Counted from the first letter of the stretch, positions 27,937 through 41,419 are shown. The stretch: 64,000 nt of DNA from Phoronis australis (GCA_002633005.1 NMRA01000036.1:62001-126000); one strand, 5' to 3'. Numbers and translations: made by a program. The notes: generated by a model from the letters alone, not told the origin.

Positions 27937-29051
27937 GTAACCAAACAATGGTTTTGATATTTTTGTTTCTAAGAATAAGAGTTCCTGATGATTGCAGGGC
28001 AGGTGTGTTTTAACGGCTGTCATGTTCTGGTGTGAAAATATTTTCAGCAGCGTATTTGCTTGGCAAAAGCAATGTCATTGTGTCATTATCCTTTGTTTGA
28101 ATGTGGCTTGATTCATATTTTCGTTTGTTTAGTATGACGTCGTTTTGATGTTTTGGGCCCATGTCAAAGAAAATCAGAATGCCAAAATTAAAAACAATGA
28201 TAGTAATGAGGCCACATTTACATAGCACTGTAAATCACTAAGCGCTTTGAAAAATTATTAGCTGGCTATGGACCTGTTCAATCGAAGCACACGTATTAAT
28301 TCAAACGCATATTTTTATAAAAGTTTCGAGTGCTAAATTGAAAAAAATCTAAGATCTACAAAATTTTTGAAAATTAGATGTGACTGTGCAATTTTATTCC
28401 TATTTATGGGTCCTAATCGTGTCGTAATGGTGGCTGCTAATCCTTAAACATCCAAGTAGCACCGCTGTACTTTTTGTAATGCATTGTGGGACAGAGGATG
28501 GCTCGTAAACTTTTGGTGATATCACAGATAACTTTGCGACATGTAAACAATATGACACGACTTGCTCCTCCCCCGTGTTCAATTTCCACTGGGGGTATTG
28601 AGGTCCCTCTGATAAATGGTATAGTATACAAGTCAAGGCGCCCCCTTGTGTTGCTCAGGCAGGTCACACAGTAGAGGTTGGGACATATCAACAAAGGATT
28701 AACACTGGTAATGCACATTATTTCTCATTTCTTTCTGTCGCAGTTAACCAATTGTTGCCATTCAAACAATGAAACATTTAATTATCAATGATAGATTTAG
28801 TTTTACAGTCCGCAGTGTCTAAAGTTGTCAAGAAAGAGTGTTGCCAGGATCAGGCACCAGTTATCACTAAAAGCCTTCTTTGTTCCCGAATTCTCAAACA
28901 AAAGAAGTCATTAAAGTCCAGGCACTGTGCCTATATTAATCCCAACCATTAAGAAGCAATCATAGTTGCCTATAGTAGTGCCTGGTAGGCTGTACTTTCC
29001 ATAGGATTGTCTGTCAATGGTGTTTGTTATTCAACTACTTTCCCATTGCAG

Positions 29052-29101
29052 ATCTCCGCCCAAAGACAAGTGTACGCAAAGGTATGGGTCACAGAAGGTG
29101 A
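29052..29101 (+). CDS. KATNIP: KATNIP last coding exon
   Basis: ttgcag acceptor. Encodes (D)LRPKTSVRKGMGHRR*, with the conserved C-terminal LRPKT. TGA at 29099-29101 is followed by a second TGA. Confidence 0.88.
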
Positions 29102-30296
29102 TGAAGGCATGGTCATGAAGCCAAGGTCATACACTCAAAGTCATGAAGCCAAGATCATGTAGTGAGAGCTGGCTAGTTTGCTACATGCAAGGTTGAGTTG
29201 CCCATTTGAAATTGTCTCAGAGGTGTCCACTTATAAGGAAGTGCCTGGTTTTATTACGTCACAGCAGGGTATCCTACAAAGTAGTAATTTGCATTCTGTG
29301 TAGTGAAGAGACTGTTCAGGTATTACATCATCACTTGAGGGAGTTATTGGTTGCATTGGTATTATAAGAGGCTCAAAAGAATGGCGTGGTCATACCATGA
29401 CAAGCTTGCTTGCACTTGAATGGACATACTTGGGTTTTGGTGCCAAAAATGCATTTTTCATATCTTTGCGTTGAATGGGACAGACTTCTTGAAGTTATTA
29501 GCTTTGACTGGAGCCATAAAACAACAATATCCATCTGTGACTATATTACAAATTCCAATTATATGCCAATTCTTCCTGTTGACTCCCAGTCAAATACTAC
29601 TTGGCTAGTGGGCTTAGCTCCACTTGGAAAGCAACTACTGAGTTTGTCTCACAAGATCCATTTTCTCACTAGTTGTGTCCCGTTAATCAATAAGAGGTAT
29701 ACTTAGAATTCCTCTTGCTGGAGAAGATTGTAGATTCTATTTCATTGCCAGTTGTTTATAATGCCAATCATTCTTGTGTACTTAAATTGATTACTGCAAA
29801 TTTTTAGCATTGTAAAGAAGCATATAAATTCCACACTTAAACTATTCATCCAGTCTTCATTTGGAAGATTTATCAGTATGTGTGTTATCTGATTCATGTG
29901 ACTGTTGTGCACATATAGTATGATTTCTGTACCCTGTTCATGTATTTATTTCTTTGACTTACTCTATCTGTGATACTGTGCAATGAGTGCTATGTAAAAA
30001 TGCAATGCTTTAATTTGTCTCACAACAATATGGATGTGAACACCATAACAATTGTAAGAAACTACCTTGTGAAAAGTGTGTTAAGGTTAGAGACTCGTGT
30101 TTTATTCATTTGTCTTGGTAGTTAGTGTAATTGGCATAGTTACTTAAATAGTGCAAGGAAGTGATTTAACAAGTGCTTTAATTTGAAACAAAGGAATAGT
30201 GTGGACATGCATATCAAGGTGTACAATAGCTTCTTGAATTAGATATTAGCCCTGTCAACTTTATTTCAACAATCAAGATTCTATGTAAGTGATGTC

Positions 30297-30677
30297 GGGA
30301 CCTGGAGTCGAAATCCAACTTAAAATTGTTTTCGACATTTTCTAATCTACCTTTGTGCCAAATCACAATGAGTGTCTAGTACTTTGTACTCAAGTACATT
30401 ATGATTTATGCCTCCCAGTTTCTAGTCCACGTTTGCACTTGATTACCGCGAGATTCAAGCAACAAACTCAAGTGAAAACTCGAGATTTCGAGTAAAAGTT
30501 CAAAATTTTGAGTTCAGTCTCAAACTTAATGAAGCTGGGGTTGTCAAGTGCAATTAGGATTAGACAATTATACAGTTACATAAGTAATTATGGTCTCCAG
30601 CATAGAATGGTACACACACCTTTAATGCTAAAATAATTTCAAGCTCAATTTCGAGTAAAAAGATTAGACCCCAGGCC
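30297..30677. mobile_element. Degraded relative of the Harbinger-like MITE at 35793
   Basis: Right end TTTCGAGTAAAAAGATTAGACCCCAGGCC resembles the TIR of 35793-36172; the left end is decayed. Confidence 0.5.
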
Positions 30678-31418
30678 CTGATTGTGAAACTTGCACTTTT
30701 TGTATTGTCAATAATGAATAATACAACTTGTTTGTCATGCAGAAATCATGAACTAGTTTGTTGTACTCACACCATATATTATTCAGCATACTACAGTCCT
30801 CCAAATAGATCTGACCTGTTACAAACACAGTTTCCTAATACTGTGGAGCTCCCTTAAATGATACCTGATAATAGCATATCCCAGTTATTGTCATGTAATG
30901 ACAAAACAGGAATCATTTTCCATTAAATCCATGTAAAAGTACCCATACTGTAAGTGTTAATTATCATTATCCCTGGTGTGATTAAAAAATCACTAGCAGC
31001 AAATTTTTATTCTCACCCTTCACTTGAACCTTCATTTGATGTCTAACAACTAATTCATTTTAAATTTATTCCTCCGCAAAGGTAAAAGTCTGTTGGTTCC
31101 TGCATACCTGTCTTGTTCTGAGGCTCCACTTGCCATGATTAGCTCTCAAGAGTGGCTACTGTCACTCAACCTGTTTAACATAATATCCTGCTTAGTTATC
31201 ATAATTTTAGTTGAACCTGAGAGTATGACGTTAAGGGACCACACTGTAATACAAAGTAGTTTCTAGTCAGAGTATCCTGTTGAATACCTTAAGCTATAAA
31301 TCTCAATAGCATGGTCTAGCACTATACCAACGAGACCACGTATTTAACATGAAAGCACTCATTTGTTCTTGTATAAATATCGGACAAACAGTATCGCCAT
31401 CTAGTGACAGAAGTGCAG

Positions 31419-31472
31419 TTATATCTTTGCTGGAAAAATTCCTCCTTCTCTCTGTTCGTCCCATTTGTCGAT
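31419..31472 (-). CDS. COX6B: Cytochrome c oxidase subunit 6B paralogue B, coding exon 3
   Basis: Minus-strand ttttgttttag acceptor. Encodes IDKWDEQREGGIFPAKI*, a typical COX6B C-terminus. Confidence 0.92.
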   Translation of the reverse strand: MDKWDEQREGGIFPAKI

Positions 31473-32992
31473 CTAAAACAAAAAAGCAAGTGCGTGTAAT
31501 TTAATAAAATCATCCTCTGTAATCTTCATTAGGCAACTCTTACACCAACATCATGTGCACGCAAGTGGATGAGAATGCATGCATCCCTCGTCCCCTGGTC
31601 TCAAACGAATTCCTCGGCACACCAAGACTTCACTCGCCATCGCACACGGCATGGAAGTGATCTCGTTTAGAGTGCACTATTCAAAATCTAAAAACGAACA
31701 TTAACTAAGCCAAACGATCAAAGTGACAGTTATTGAGAAGTGAATATTAGCCGTATTCGAATTTTTAAACTCTGTGCATTGTAAGGGCAATTATAACCAA
31801 TACATTTTGTTCCGTCACCAGCGCACTCGGCCAACCGCAATTTTTATTGTTATGAAAGGACGGGTAGTACTCACAGGCTTACAAAAGCCAAATGTTAGCG
31901 TAGCAGTTGCCTAGGCTCATGCCGAGAAATTTAGGGTCACACCGACTGTCTATGGCGGCCTCTATGTTTTAAAGACTACAGTTTTACTGTCCCAATGATA
32001 CTGCGTAGTTCACTTCAAGTGGCTAGACACCCCCGATCTTCCATCAATTCCTCGGTCAAATTGACTGATTTCATGCCGGCTACGAAAGAACTGACAGTTT
32101 GTTATATATTGCTCGAGACCAAGCTCCACAAGTTGGCTTGTCATGGCGAGTCATTGTATATGCCGAGCTTAGCTTCTATGAATAACAAACTCTAGTGTCA
32201 TATCTTTGCAAACCCAGAAACCACTTCTCATCTGAGTAAGAAGTCGAAACCAATTTTAACGCGATAATGATCTAAATGATCAACGGAAATGACGCAGGTT
32301 CGTGGCTACCTCAAAGTTGTTAGAAACATTGTTATGACGATATCAGACCAATGGTTTACAGTTAGTGTTCTAAAGCAAAGTTATTACATTCTTATCATTT
32401 GTGAAATATGGTTATAAATTTGGCCTGGAATGATTCTTCTGAGTGGGCCAAGACTGCTGCAACTGAATCTAACACGTGAAAATTCAATTTGCAGCAATTT
32501 TTTGAAAAATTTGTGTATTAAGTAAAGGATGCAGGAAGGAACAAACCACCCAGAATTCTTAGAAGACGGTTTTGATTTGCAACCGCGTTCCTCTTTACCT
32601 AATGTGTCAATGATTCACATCCATCGTAACTTTGACAACTTTAGAACTTCTTCAAAGCTCATAAATTCTCCAAAAATGTAAACTAACTAGTATAATTCAG
32701 AAAAGACTGACTTGCTGAAGGTAGTGCTTCGAATTAATGTCCCAGCAGGTAGTTTCGGAAACGCATGACTCAAGCCGAACCAAGCAAAGATAACAATCAT
32801 GCCCTAGTTGTTTTTCAGGTTAATTATTTAGGTCCCTAAAAAAATGACCAAATTTGGCTCACTTTGGAGCATCATATCTCAGAAACGGCTGACAGGACTC
32901 GATATGAAACTTTCAGGCACCATACTTCATACACTGTTTTCCTAAATGCTGCAGCAATAGTTCAGTGGAGCAGGTAAAAATTCACAGATCTA

Positions 32993-33136
32993 CTGTAAAC
33001 GTTCGGGTTAACGCCCATGCTCAGTGAGTTAACCGCCCACCCCCTACTTTAGGTGGATTTTCGATTTAACCGCCCACCCCTGATTTTTTGGGTTTACCAA
33101 TTTAACCGCCCAGGGCGTTAACCCGAACGTTTACGG
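32993..33136. mobile_element. Tc1/mariner-pogo-type MITE, TA TSD
   Basis: TA|CTGTAAACGTTCGGGTTAACGCCC ... GGGCGTTAACCCGAACGTTTACGG|TA, with internal TTAACCGCCC repeats. Confidence 0.85.
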
Positions 33137-33921
33137 TAGGTCAAGAAAGCGCAGGCAATCCACTTATATTGATTAAAATTGTTACATGAGGGTGGAGATG
33201 TCCGAGTCATCAACTACAAATTCGTAGTAGTGATTTTTACCTGCTCAACATCGTCACAAACAATAAAAAATCATATTTTATCGCAACTGGTCAGTAGTTT
33301 TAAAACTTTTGCAAAATGAAAATCAACAGAGACATCATTTAAGCGAAAAGAAATGAAACTTTAGAAAACTGTAACAGGGTGTTTGATGATCGTGTGCATT
33401 TATATCAAACAAAACTGGGTCATGTTGTTGATACGGTTATGTATGTACCTTTCATTTTGCTAAATTTAACTATTAAAACACGTGGTCACGTGATCTAATT
33501 TATACCAGATTGGTATAGTGTCAAAAATCAAATTCTACATGGTGTCCAAGGCACGTTCAGAAAATATATAAGAGTTGAAATCTGTATCTTTGGTAGATGT
33601 TTGACTAAATACATCGCCAATTCCATAAGTACATAACCCAGAGTGGGGTACTCAGTTCAACACTGCTTATTAGGCCAAACGAGTCTTGTAGCTCAAATTC
33701 TCCAAATGTTAGTAACTAACAGCACCAGCTGCATGAATGAGTAGTCAAGCGTACAACCAAAGAAAGTGTCCGTATTGAACGTTAAGTCGTAAAAATTGAG
33801 GGGAGTGGTTAGGTAGTGCCACTATAGACTATAGAGTATCTGTGGTGCCACACAACCACGCGAGTGCCTGCAGAACAAGACACAAATCCTTGGGTTCCCA
33901 CTTTCAAGGTACATCACTCAC

Positions 33922-34036
33922 CCACTCGTTGGGGCACATAGAGGTAAACACTCCCTTGAAATAGTTACACATCTTGTAGTCATCACCTTTCAAACGCACA
34001 CATCTGTGGTAATCCACGTAGTTCTGCCAGCAGTTT
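33922..34036 (-). CDS. COX6B: COX6B paralogue B, coding exon 2
   Basis: ttttccag acceptor and GTGAGT donor. Encodes (R)NCWQNYVDYHRCVRLKGDDYKMCNYFKGVFTSMCPNEW with the CX9C...CX10C cysteines. Confidence 0.95.
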
Positions 34037-34766
34037 CTGGAAAACAAGTGCAGTACATTTTGTTCACCAACGCGTATTAATTTACAATTAAGTTAGTCTC
34101 TTCGCGTGACCGACCGTAAAAATGAGCGTCACTCAACATATTTTATTTGCGGTATTGTAAACATCTGAGCAAGTACTGATAACGAGCAGTGGAGCACATC
34201 AATGACTATTCTACCAACTAGAACCTATCCGTCTTGGGAATGACAGTAGGCAGAAGGGAATCAAAAACATTCTGGGGCAGCCGTATTGGGAACTCTTGCA
34301 CGTCAGATCCAACTGGACTGCGAGATTTTATTCAAAATTTGGAATAGACGTAGATGTTGCAAAATTCTTGAAGCTTTTACCAACCACACAAGCACTCTAA
34401 CTCACATTTTTCCTATCATACATGAACCTTTTATAACAAGTTATTTGCTGGTGCATCTTTATTGTATTCTGATGCCTGATGGGAGACACAAACATGTGCT
34501 CGATAGGCCTACGTTTGACATTACAACTAGCACTTGTGGATCTCGCATGACCCACGGGAGCCCCAACCAATTTTTCAAAGAATGTGTGCACCTACTACAA
34601 AAATGGCACCCTGACGAACGTTTTTATTGGAGTCGTGTGCGAAGCAGCTAGGACCTACCTGCTCGTTCATAGCTTGAGGAGTTGTGGAACATGGGAATTA
34701 GAATGCTGCTGAAGAGATTATCCTCGACGTTCGTGAGAGACAAACAATGTATACCACAGTGCTTAC

Positions 34767-34837
34767 CGTGTTTGATTCATGTTGGGAAATCTGGAGTCAA
34801 CTGGGTAAGTCTTCAGTTCACTTATTCCACTCGCCAT
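34767..34837 (-). CDS. COX6B: COX6B paralogue B, coding exon 1
   Basis: ATG at 34837. Encodes MASGISELKTYPVDSRFPNMNQT(R). GTAAGC donor; splice acceptor 8 nt upstream of the ATG. Confidence 0.92.
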
Positions 34838-35792
34838 CTTTTCAGCTACAAATGATTCAAGCCATCAGTAGTCCGCAGACATTTATGATAAACATGCAAA
34901 CAATGACCCCTGGTACGTACCAAACCTTTATGGACCCTAACCACAGAGTTCAACTTTAAGGTACCCTTCATTACATGCAGTTCTATGTTGTAACGTTCCT
35001 GTGGCTAGTTGCTATGTTCTATGAATTTTCAACGCATTTCGATTTGTGTTTTCACGAATGGTCCCTTCTCAGTGCTTTATCTGAATTACAGCGAATCAGT
35101 TTAGTTCTCACACATTCCAATGAATTCCTAACAAGTAGAGACCTTTTCATACACTGTCCTGGACAAATCTCGGATTTATTTTCAGTGAAATAAGGACTGT
35201 TTTCCGATATTTATTGAAACTGCAATTTCTGTGTTCAGCTGCCAACGAAAAAAAAGTGAAAAAATCACTAAAACCTCATAAAATAGGAATCCGGATATTC
35301 CTGACCTTGCCAGGACTTCATTTCCATTACCAACGATAAGCCGGAAACTATCAGTAACTCTAGTTTATTGGGGTAGGCCTGCCTAGTATTCAAAAATGGT
35401 GCATATACTCATCACCTATGATTGCCGGCTTATTCAGCAACAACACAAGTTTGGATAAGGGTGTTGAAGCCCTTCGTCAAGAATGCAATACATGTAGAAC
35501 AGTGGTGAATTCCCTTCAAAGAGAACTGTTTTGGACAAGAGAGCACGGCTTTAATACCGATTCAAGATAGTGAAATCCCCATTTGAGACCGTTTAACACA
35601 ATTAGCCAGTAGTTCCTTATACGACCATAAAAAGTCCCTGCAACCTTGCCGCGGGCCTGACCTGCACCGTCCTTTACCAAATTCCAACGAAACTAACTTT
35701 CCATAATCATATTGGACTCAGTTTGAACCTTATACAAATTTACAATTTCAGAGATTCGAGAGAACTAATAGTTCGCCATTACTCGTAACCAG

Positions 35793-36172
35793 GGCCCGGT
35801 CTCTAATCTTTGTACTCGAAACGAGCTCGAAATTATTTTTGGCAATTTCTCTGCTCGTTTTGTGCGAACTTAAGATAATTGTTATCAGACTGTGCTCGAA
35901 TACATTATAGTTTATACATAGGAGTTTCTAGTTCAAGTTTTCCCTTGAAGACCCTTATATTCGTGCTACAAACTCGAGTAAAAACTCAAACTTATTGCTT
36001 TAATATTGGTTTTACAAACTGTGAACTAAGGGCAATAAATTATCTACGTAAGTTAATGTGTACTCGAGCACAGAATAACAGACACTTATCTTGAGTTCGC
36101 CCAAAAGTAGAGTAGAAAATGCCAAACCTAACTTCGAGTTCCATTTCGAGTAAAAAGATTGGAGACCGGGCC
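35793..36172. mobile_element. PIF/Harbinger-like MITE with CAG TSD
   Basis: CAG|GGCCCGGTCTCTAATCTTTGTACTCGAAA ... TTTCGAGTAAAAAGATTGGAGACCGGGCC|CAG. Confidence 0.8.
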
Positions 36173-36660
36173 CAGGATCTACAAGTTGGCCGATTCTATG
36201 CCCCAAGCACGGCCTTAAGGAATATCTCTGTTCTTTACAAACCTGGAAATCACTTCTCGTCTGCCCAAGAAAAGTCTATAGACTTTTTTATAACCACGTT
36301 CTAAATTTTAAGATCCCTTCTTGCACTAAATGTGAGTTCACAGTTGCTTGAAATAATGTTTTCTGAAAAAAACCCCCAGAATTTTCACGGATACAGCCTC
36401 TTTCCACAAACATGACTTTCCGTTTCTTTATTCAGCTAGCTACAAAGGCACGATTGGGATTTACTTTAAAAGCTCTTTTGACCCAAGAGAAGAGCTTGCA
36501 TGTCAAATTAAAATGAAGTTCAATTTTTCAAGGAATGCTGATGTCTTCATATTTAAGAACAAAGTTCTCCGGCTAAAATGTCTTTAAAGAAAATCTCAGA
36601 CATGCTTCTGTAGCTGGTAGTGACCACGGTTGTTGCACATTGCAGTTTAAAGAACACCAA

Positions 36661-36743
36661 ATCTCACTTTTGAATATATATCTGTCCAATCAAAATAGAG
36701 ATCTCACTTTTGAACATGTATCTGTCCAATCAAAATACAGATC
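36661..36743. repeat. 40-bp tandem duplication containing CCAAT
   Basis: ATCTCACTTTTGAA(T/C)AT(A/G)TATCTGTCCAATCAAAATA(G/C)AG x2. Confidence 0.85.
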
Positions 36744-37191
36744 ATCAACGGATACCTAAAACTTACCACTAGAATCGTGAGGCAAATCAGACACAATGCA
36801 CACTGGTTGGTTTCCACCAATATAAAAATTCAACACATATTAACTTACTAATTTTTTATTTCACTGAATACATCCTCGATGCACACCCAAACTCAATGAT
36901 CACATCAAATTGTGCTTTCTCAAACAGTGTCAAGACTACAATTTCCAGTTACCCATCTCTTAAATATCTATAGGCATACAAGCTTGAGAGCATGCCATTA
37001 ACATTCTCCAAGAAAACACAAACTTTAAATAATCACATCAAATCTTGCTTTCTGAAAAAGTCTTCAACCACCTCCAATGAGACATTCATTAAATATCTAG
37101 GTGTAGAAATGCTCGAGAATATGGTAATTTCTTGAGCACAGTAGTCTGTATTGTCCAAGTAAAAACACAGTCTAAGTTCTATGGCACCACA

Positions 37192-37245
37192 TCATATTTG
37201 TCCAGCAAACGTTCCATTTTCTCTCTGGTCATCCCATTTTTCAAC
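37192..37245 (-). CDS. COX6B: COX6B paralogue A, coding exon 3
   Basis: ttttcag acceptor. Encodes VEKWDDQRENGTFAGQI*. Minus-strand AATAAA at 36855-36860. Confidence 0.93.
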   Translation of the reverse strand, partial: VEKWDDQRENGTFAGQI

Positions 37246-39551
37246 CTGAAAATAAGATAGCAGTCTTACTTAACAATACTGCTGTAGTCGTCACTAGTGA
37301 TCAAACCCAAGCTGTAAGACACTTCATTTTAGGTGTGCCCTGGTTGACAGTATGGTCAACTGACACGATTGACAACTGACAGCCGCAGTGCAACAAGTCA
37401 TGCCGCTGTTTTGTGCCCAGAGGAGAATATTGAATCATATTTCTTGTGAACTTTCCATGTAACCAAGATTTGTTTCTCTCAGTTACTGTGAACTAAAACA
37501 TTTCTCAACACATATAACAGACTGTAGAACAAGAATAAGTATGAACAAGTCAGACCAAAAGATTTTATCCGAGTAAGGCGAAATTCCACTTATCTGAAGG
37601 GTCAAACACATGAAGTAGAACACCTGTACAGCAGAACTTTGAGTGAAATGAACACAAACTACTATGCATTTCTGACTTATTCAAATCTACTCATATACCA
37701 AGCTTCAGGTATCTTTTGATCACATTTAAGGGTGGAAACCTTCGTTTTATTATTCAAACGTGAGGTTTATCTTCCTAATTCCAAATGATAAAAGCACAAA
37801 CTGGATAAAGTTCACTGATTATATTAACGGGAAGATACACCACTGCTAAGTTGATTTATTCTAATTCAAGTTTGTGATTTCAGTTTCACCTATTAGTAAT
37901 AAAGACAACATTTCAATAACCCGAATACCCCAATTAGGTTGCACTTAGGAACAGTAAAATGAGCACCTTAGTTGTGTATTTTGGTTTCTTGGAAATTTTA
38001 GTGTGGCGATGAAAGCAATAATTTTCAGTGTGGTATTTCTATGCCAAAAACTGCGCAGGCCACCCATATTATAAAACGGAGGGAAAACGCCGTATATACT
38101 GACAATGAATTTAAGCATCAACAGTACGGCAATTCTCCAATAATTTAGCACTCGTCTCATTTTGCATAAAAATCATTTGCATAAAATTATTTAGAACAAT
38201 AATATTTTGTCCCTCACTTAATTCGTACGAAGTAGCATGGCAGAAATTTCCTGCCACACCAAAATTCACACATGGTCACTTTTGTTGCAGCCCTATCAGT
38301 AGTCCTAGTAATACACAACTTTTGAACTGTGTTAATAGCGTACATTCACTGCTTCATTCATTCACTCATATGAAATATCTCATGATGTTGCAAATGTGAG
38401 GTGAAGGGGGTGACCTAGACCAGTGTACTTTGACCCAGAGCCATTTACTCAACAGAGCATTTCGCCAACAATGGGATAAAAGTAACTTGGCTACTGTTAA
38501 CAGAATCACATTGGCAACCTACAGGCCACATTTCACTACATTCGTTCATGGGCAGTTGGCAATGCTCGATTACTTGGCTAATTTTGCATACCCGTCAACC
38601 GCGAAATTTGTATAATCAGTTTATTTCACACATTCAACTATAGTACAAATGCATATTTGTTTTAATTTGGTTTCTTTTGTGCAAATAAGTGGAGAACTGG
38701 CTGTTTTACCATTTCTTGTATTACTAACATGATGGCCTACAACTGTACCCTACACTGTATACATAAAATTATGGATAAGAATTAAAGAGCATCATGCATT
38801 TGTTTGGGAAAATATTCCAAAAAGAAAATGTGTAACACGCCACGTTTTGTGGAGGTCCTAATCTGGGCAAGAGGGAAGCTGGGCATAACTGTTGGGGTAC
38901 CCTTATGTTACCATTGACCCACTACGTGCCAAAATAACTACAGTCCCTTTGCTTCTTTGAACAATTAACCAATGTTGGAACTGAACAAGACGGTCTCATT
39001 CCTCCCGCCAGGAAGTCAACCAAAACAGTTTAGGTGCATTTCATTTTGATGACTAAAAACGAAAATCAAACTGGCCTTTTACTCAGGAAACCAGTCTCGT
39101 GATATTTGGTGGGGTGATAAGGACATGATTTCCAATACCAACAAGAACATCATAACATTAACTAAACCATGAACAACTCAAAAAAACCTTCAGTGTTTAT
39201 TAGAGTTAGTCTCCTCTAGAACTGTGGATTGTAAAATGTCGCATATGCACCTTGCCTGCGACTTGAGTTGCTGCCTCCTTCAGCAACAATTCAAGATCAG
39301 ATGAGTGTGGTAATGCTCTTAAACACCAAAGCATTTTGGTAAAGAATTCAACATTGACAGCTAAACAGCGCCGAAATGCATCATTTAAGTGCTTGGTATA
39401 ACGCCTGTATCCTTCAATACTTAACATAGCTAATTGCTAAGTTCTGCTTTTCCATCCAAAACGCTACACTAAAAACATGCATTAAAACACACCTGGACAC
39501 AGGTAACCACAAAAAAATTTACAGTTGCTGAAACAGCATTATGATACGTAC

Positions 39552-39666
39552 CCAGTCGTTAGGACAGAGCGCAGAGAAGACACTTTTGAAGTATCCACAT
39601 TGCTCATAATCTTCACCCTTGAACTTCTGACACCTGTAGAAGTCCACATAGTTCTGCCAGCAATTC
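39552..39666 (-). CDS. COX6B: COX6B paralogue A, coding exon 2
   Basis: tttacag acceptor and GTACGT donor. Encodes (R)NCWQNYVDFYRCQKFKGEDYEQCGYFKSVFSALCPNDW. Confidence 0.95.
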
Positions 39667-40241
39667 CTGTAAACAAAACCCACCGAACAAGTCAGCATTC
39701 TTTAAACACCAGAACATGCCGAAATAAAAATTGCACAAGACCTCGCAAAAGGCGAATGTTTTGCCAGTATATGCACATGACCTAACAAGTGTGGCCTAGT
39801 AGAGACTGCTGAATAAGTTACTGGTCAATGAGTATGAACTGTTGAATTATGGGATACAATTCGTTTTCATTGCATAAGAGAAGATTTGCTGACACAAGCA
39901 TTTGCAGACACAAGTGCAGGACCAATGTTTTATTTAGCTACACAGCCAGGTAGCCTCACAACACTAGGATGAACTTGACACCTACTTGATGGCAAAGACA
40001 ACACTCTAAGTTCCCCTGGCTCTAAACAGAGTACACTACAGCAGTCAAGTGACACATCAAGTCTAATCACAAATTTCCCACATCTTGTTTTAAACTTCAT
40101 ATTTACTTTCACAACATAACCCCAATAATAGACTTATTACCCAACACAGACCAACCAAAAACTACGTCTTTGTCAAATCAAATAGCCGAAACAAATCCCA
40201 CCCCATGTGTAATAGTGCAATAAAGGCACCCCTCAACTTAC

Positions 40242-40312
40242 CTCGTTTGATTCATGTTAGGGAACCGGGCATCAAATGGTGCAGTCTTTAGTGTGCGCTG
40301 GGCTTCGGCCAT
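40242..40312 (-). CDS. COX6B: COX6B paralogue A, coding exon 1
   Basis: ATG at 40312. Encodes MAEAQRTLKTAPFDARFPNMNQT(R), with the canonical TAPFDARFPN motif. AG|GTAAGT donor; acceptor 2 nt upstream of the ATG. Confidence 0.95.
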
Positions 40313-40825
40313 GTCTGCAATACAGAGTCAACAAGATGAAAAAACTATCTCCCTAACTAGTCATACTAACACAGCAGGTTTAGACATCCGTTTTTAAAGT
40401 TATGCAGGACCCTAGAAAAGCATTCAAATTGGGCTAAATTTGGAACACGATGTCTCAGAAATGGCCGATTACATTCATATGAAACTTTCAAGATACTGTT
40501 GCTTACAGATAATTTATACTCTTACTGACTAGAGGTGCAGACATGTCAACACAGTCCTACATAACCTTTAGCACAACTGCCACGAAAATCACTTCCTAGT
40601 TCATAGCAGATTTTGTGGAATAAACAAGGAATTGCTTTGACCACCCGTAAAGGCAAATTCTTGAGACTAGATAGTCCAATTGGGTCATGTTTCACAAAAA
40701 TGTTGCAATTTTACTTTTTTGTACACAGTCATTAGAGAAAGTTGCAGATTTTGGGTAAGTTTCCGTTTAGACTCTGTGAACAAAATACTTGTAAAGTTAC
40801 TACATTTTAGCGTCACAGGCCCCTG

Positions 40826-41215
40826 TACCCGGTTGTATGAAACGATCCTAAATAGGGACTCTTCTAAATTCCCTAAATTTACTGCATATATGTGGTCCTT
40901 TGAAAACACTGACTATCCTATCAATTCTTGGCTTTGATACAAATCGAGAGTGAACTCTTCATTGAATTCTGACTAGTGAAAATAAGTAGGGTTCTTTTCA
41001 TGCAACGGCCTAATTCAAGGACTAAGTGCCTAACTGCTTAGACTGAATTCAGGCTCAGTTTTTAGTTATATTATTAGAAAAAGCCATTAGTCGAAGAAGA
41101 GTTCATAATAACTACAAAACATCAGTGCCAAAAGAACGAAACTAATACGAAAAAGATTTAGGTAACTAAGTCGAGTCTAGAGTCCCTATTTGGGACTGTT
41201 TCCTGCAACCGGGAA
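40826..41215. mobile_element. MITE with about 35-bp imperfect TIRs (Harbinger-like)
   Basis: CCCGGTTGTATGAAACGATCCTAAATAGGGACTCT ... AGAGTCCCTATTTGGGACTGTTTCCTGCAACCGGG. Confidence 0.7.
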
Positions 41216-41260
41216 TTGGACTCTACTGATAAAGTAATGATCCTGCTCACAAATGTAATA

Positions 41261-41419
41261 CCGTAATTGTTCGGGTTAACACCCATGTTCAGTTAACCGC
41301 CCATCCCCGACTTAAAGTGGATTTTCGATTTAACCTCCCACTGCTCGGATAACCGCCCTCCCCCGATTTTTTGGATTCGCCAATTTAACCGCCCAGGGCG
41401 TTAACCCAAACGATTACGG
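41261..41419. mobile_element. Second copy of the 32993 Tc1/pogo-type MITE
   Basis: TA|CCGTAATTGTTCGGGTTAACACCC ... GGGCGTTAACCCAAACGATTACGG|TA; the interior is collinear with 32993-33136. Confidence 0.85.

Noticed and set aside
31419-39666. Single COX6B gene with mutually exclusive duplicated exons 2 and 3
   Set aside because: A separate coding exon 1 with its own ATG exists at 34767-34837, so there are two complete CDSs.
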